Shown here: positions 63,730-64,000 of the stretch, piece by piece
How positions within the stretch are numbered: position 1 is the first letter of the stretch
Layout of the letters: each line of letters opens with the position of its first letter
Source: the human T2T-CHM13v2.0 reference genome, Homo sapiens
DNA: 64,000 nucleotides
Assembly: GCF_009914755.1 (NCBI RefSeq)
Contig: NC_060926.1
Reading direction: 5' to 3' (one strand)
Made by a program: the position numbers and the translations under genes
Notes under the pieces: model-generated
Seen by the model: the letters and a program-made list of their open reading frames with translations, nothing else
The model's database searches: none
What the model was told of the DNA's origin: nothing

Positions 63730-64000
63730 GCCAGCGCGCGCTCAGCTCGGTGCATGCGGCTGGGCCCTGCGAGCCACGCTTCTGCGGCCCCGCTGGCCCT
63801 GCCGATAGGGGGCGCGAATGAAAGGCCGCGCGGCTGGAGAAGGGCGGGCTCGCTCCGGTCTCCACCCTGTGGGCTCCCGGCGCCTGCGCGTCCCACGCCC
63901 TTGCTGCTGAGTCCTGCACGTGCGGAAGCGAACTCTTTGTGAAGTCGGTGTGAAGGAAGCGACCTCTCCGTGAAGTCGGTGTGAAGGAAGCGACCTCTTT
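63730..64000. promoter_or_regulatory. Edge of a CpG island / probable promoter
   Basis: Abrupt CpG enrichment. Motifs: CTCF-like tgccgatagggggcgcg (63800-63816), GC box gggcgg (63842-63847), NRF1-like gcgcctgcgc (63880-63889), E-box cacgtg (63917-63922), ETS cggaag (63923-63928). Confidence 0.75.
63924..64000. repeat. 31-bp tandem repeat (at least 2.5 copies, runs off the window)
   Basis: ggaagcga(a/c)ctct(tt/cc)gtgaagtcggtgtgaa units start at 63924, 63955 and 63986. Confidence 0.95.

Noticed and set aside
63496-63942. 148-aa and overlapping ORFs at the CpG island
   Set aside because: Expected in GC-rich, stop-poor DNA; low-complexity Ala/Arg/Pro content and no homology that I recognise.
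63924-64000. 31-bp repeats of CRISPR-like length
   Set aside because: The units are contiguous with no unique spacers, there are no cas genes, and the context is primate. It is a minisatellite.

Overview
Primate (catarrhine, probably human) genomic DNA. It is non-coding and dominated by transposable-element relics. Bases 1-21 kb are almost entirely stacked, nested LINE-1 elements, including a full-length but inactivated L1PA5/6-type element (8151-14207). A near-full-length L1PA7-type element (45510-51194) splits an MLT1 LTR. Also present: an MST (MaLR) provirus, solo LTRs, Alus, MIR/L2 relics and hAT MITEs. About 21-37 kb is mostly unique sequence with candidate enhancer motifs. The window ends at the edge of a CpG-island promoter (CTCF, GC-box, NRF1, E-box and ETS motifs) that runs into a 31-bp tandem repeat. 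I found no host protein-coding exon, no CRISPR array and no prokaryote-type system. All recognisable ORFs, including the reverse transcriptase, are broken L1 ORF1/ORF2 fragments. I cannot support a new biological system. The most interesting observations are structural or regulatory: the promoter VNTR, a twin-priming inversion hidden by a nested insertion, recurrent fold-back and templated-insertion scars, two Alus of different ages sharing one TSD, a tiny U2 snRNA retro-fragment, and homotypic motif clusters. Subfamily names come from remembered consensus diagnostics and need confirmation with RepeatMasker/Dfam. Boundaries of old elements are approximate.
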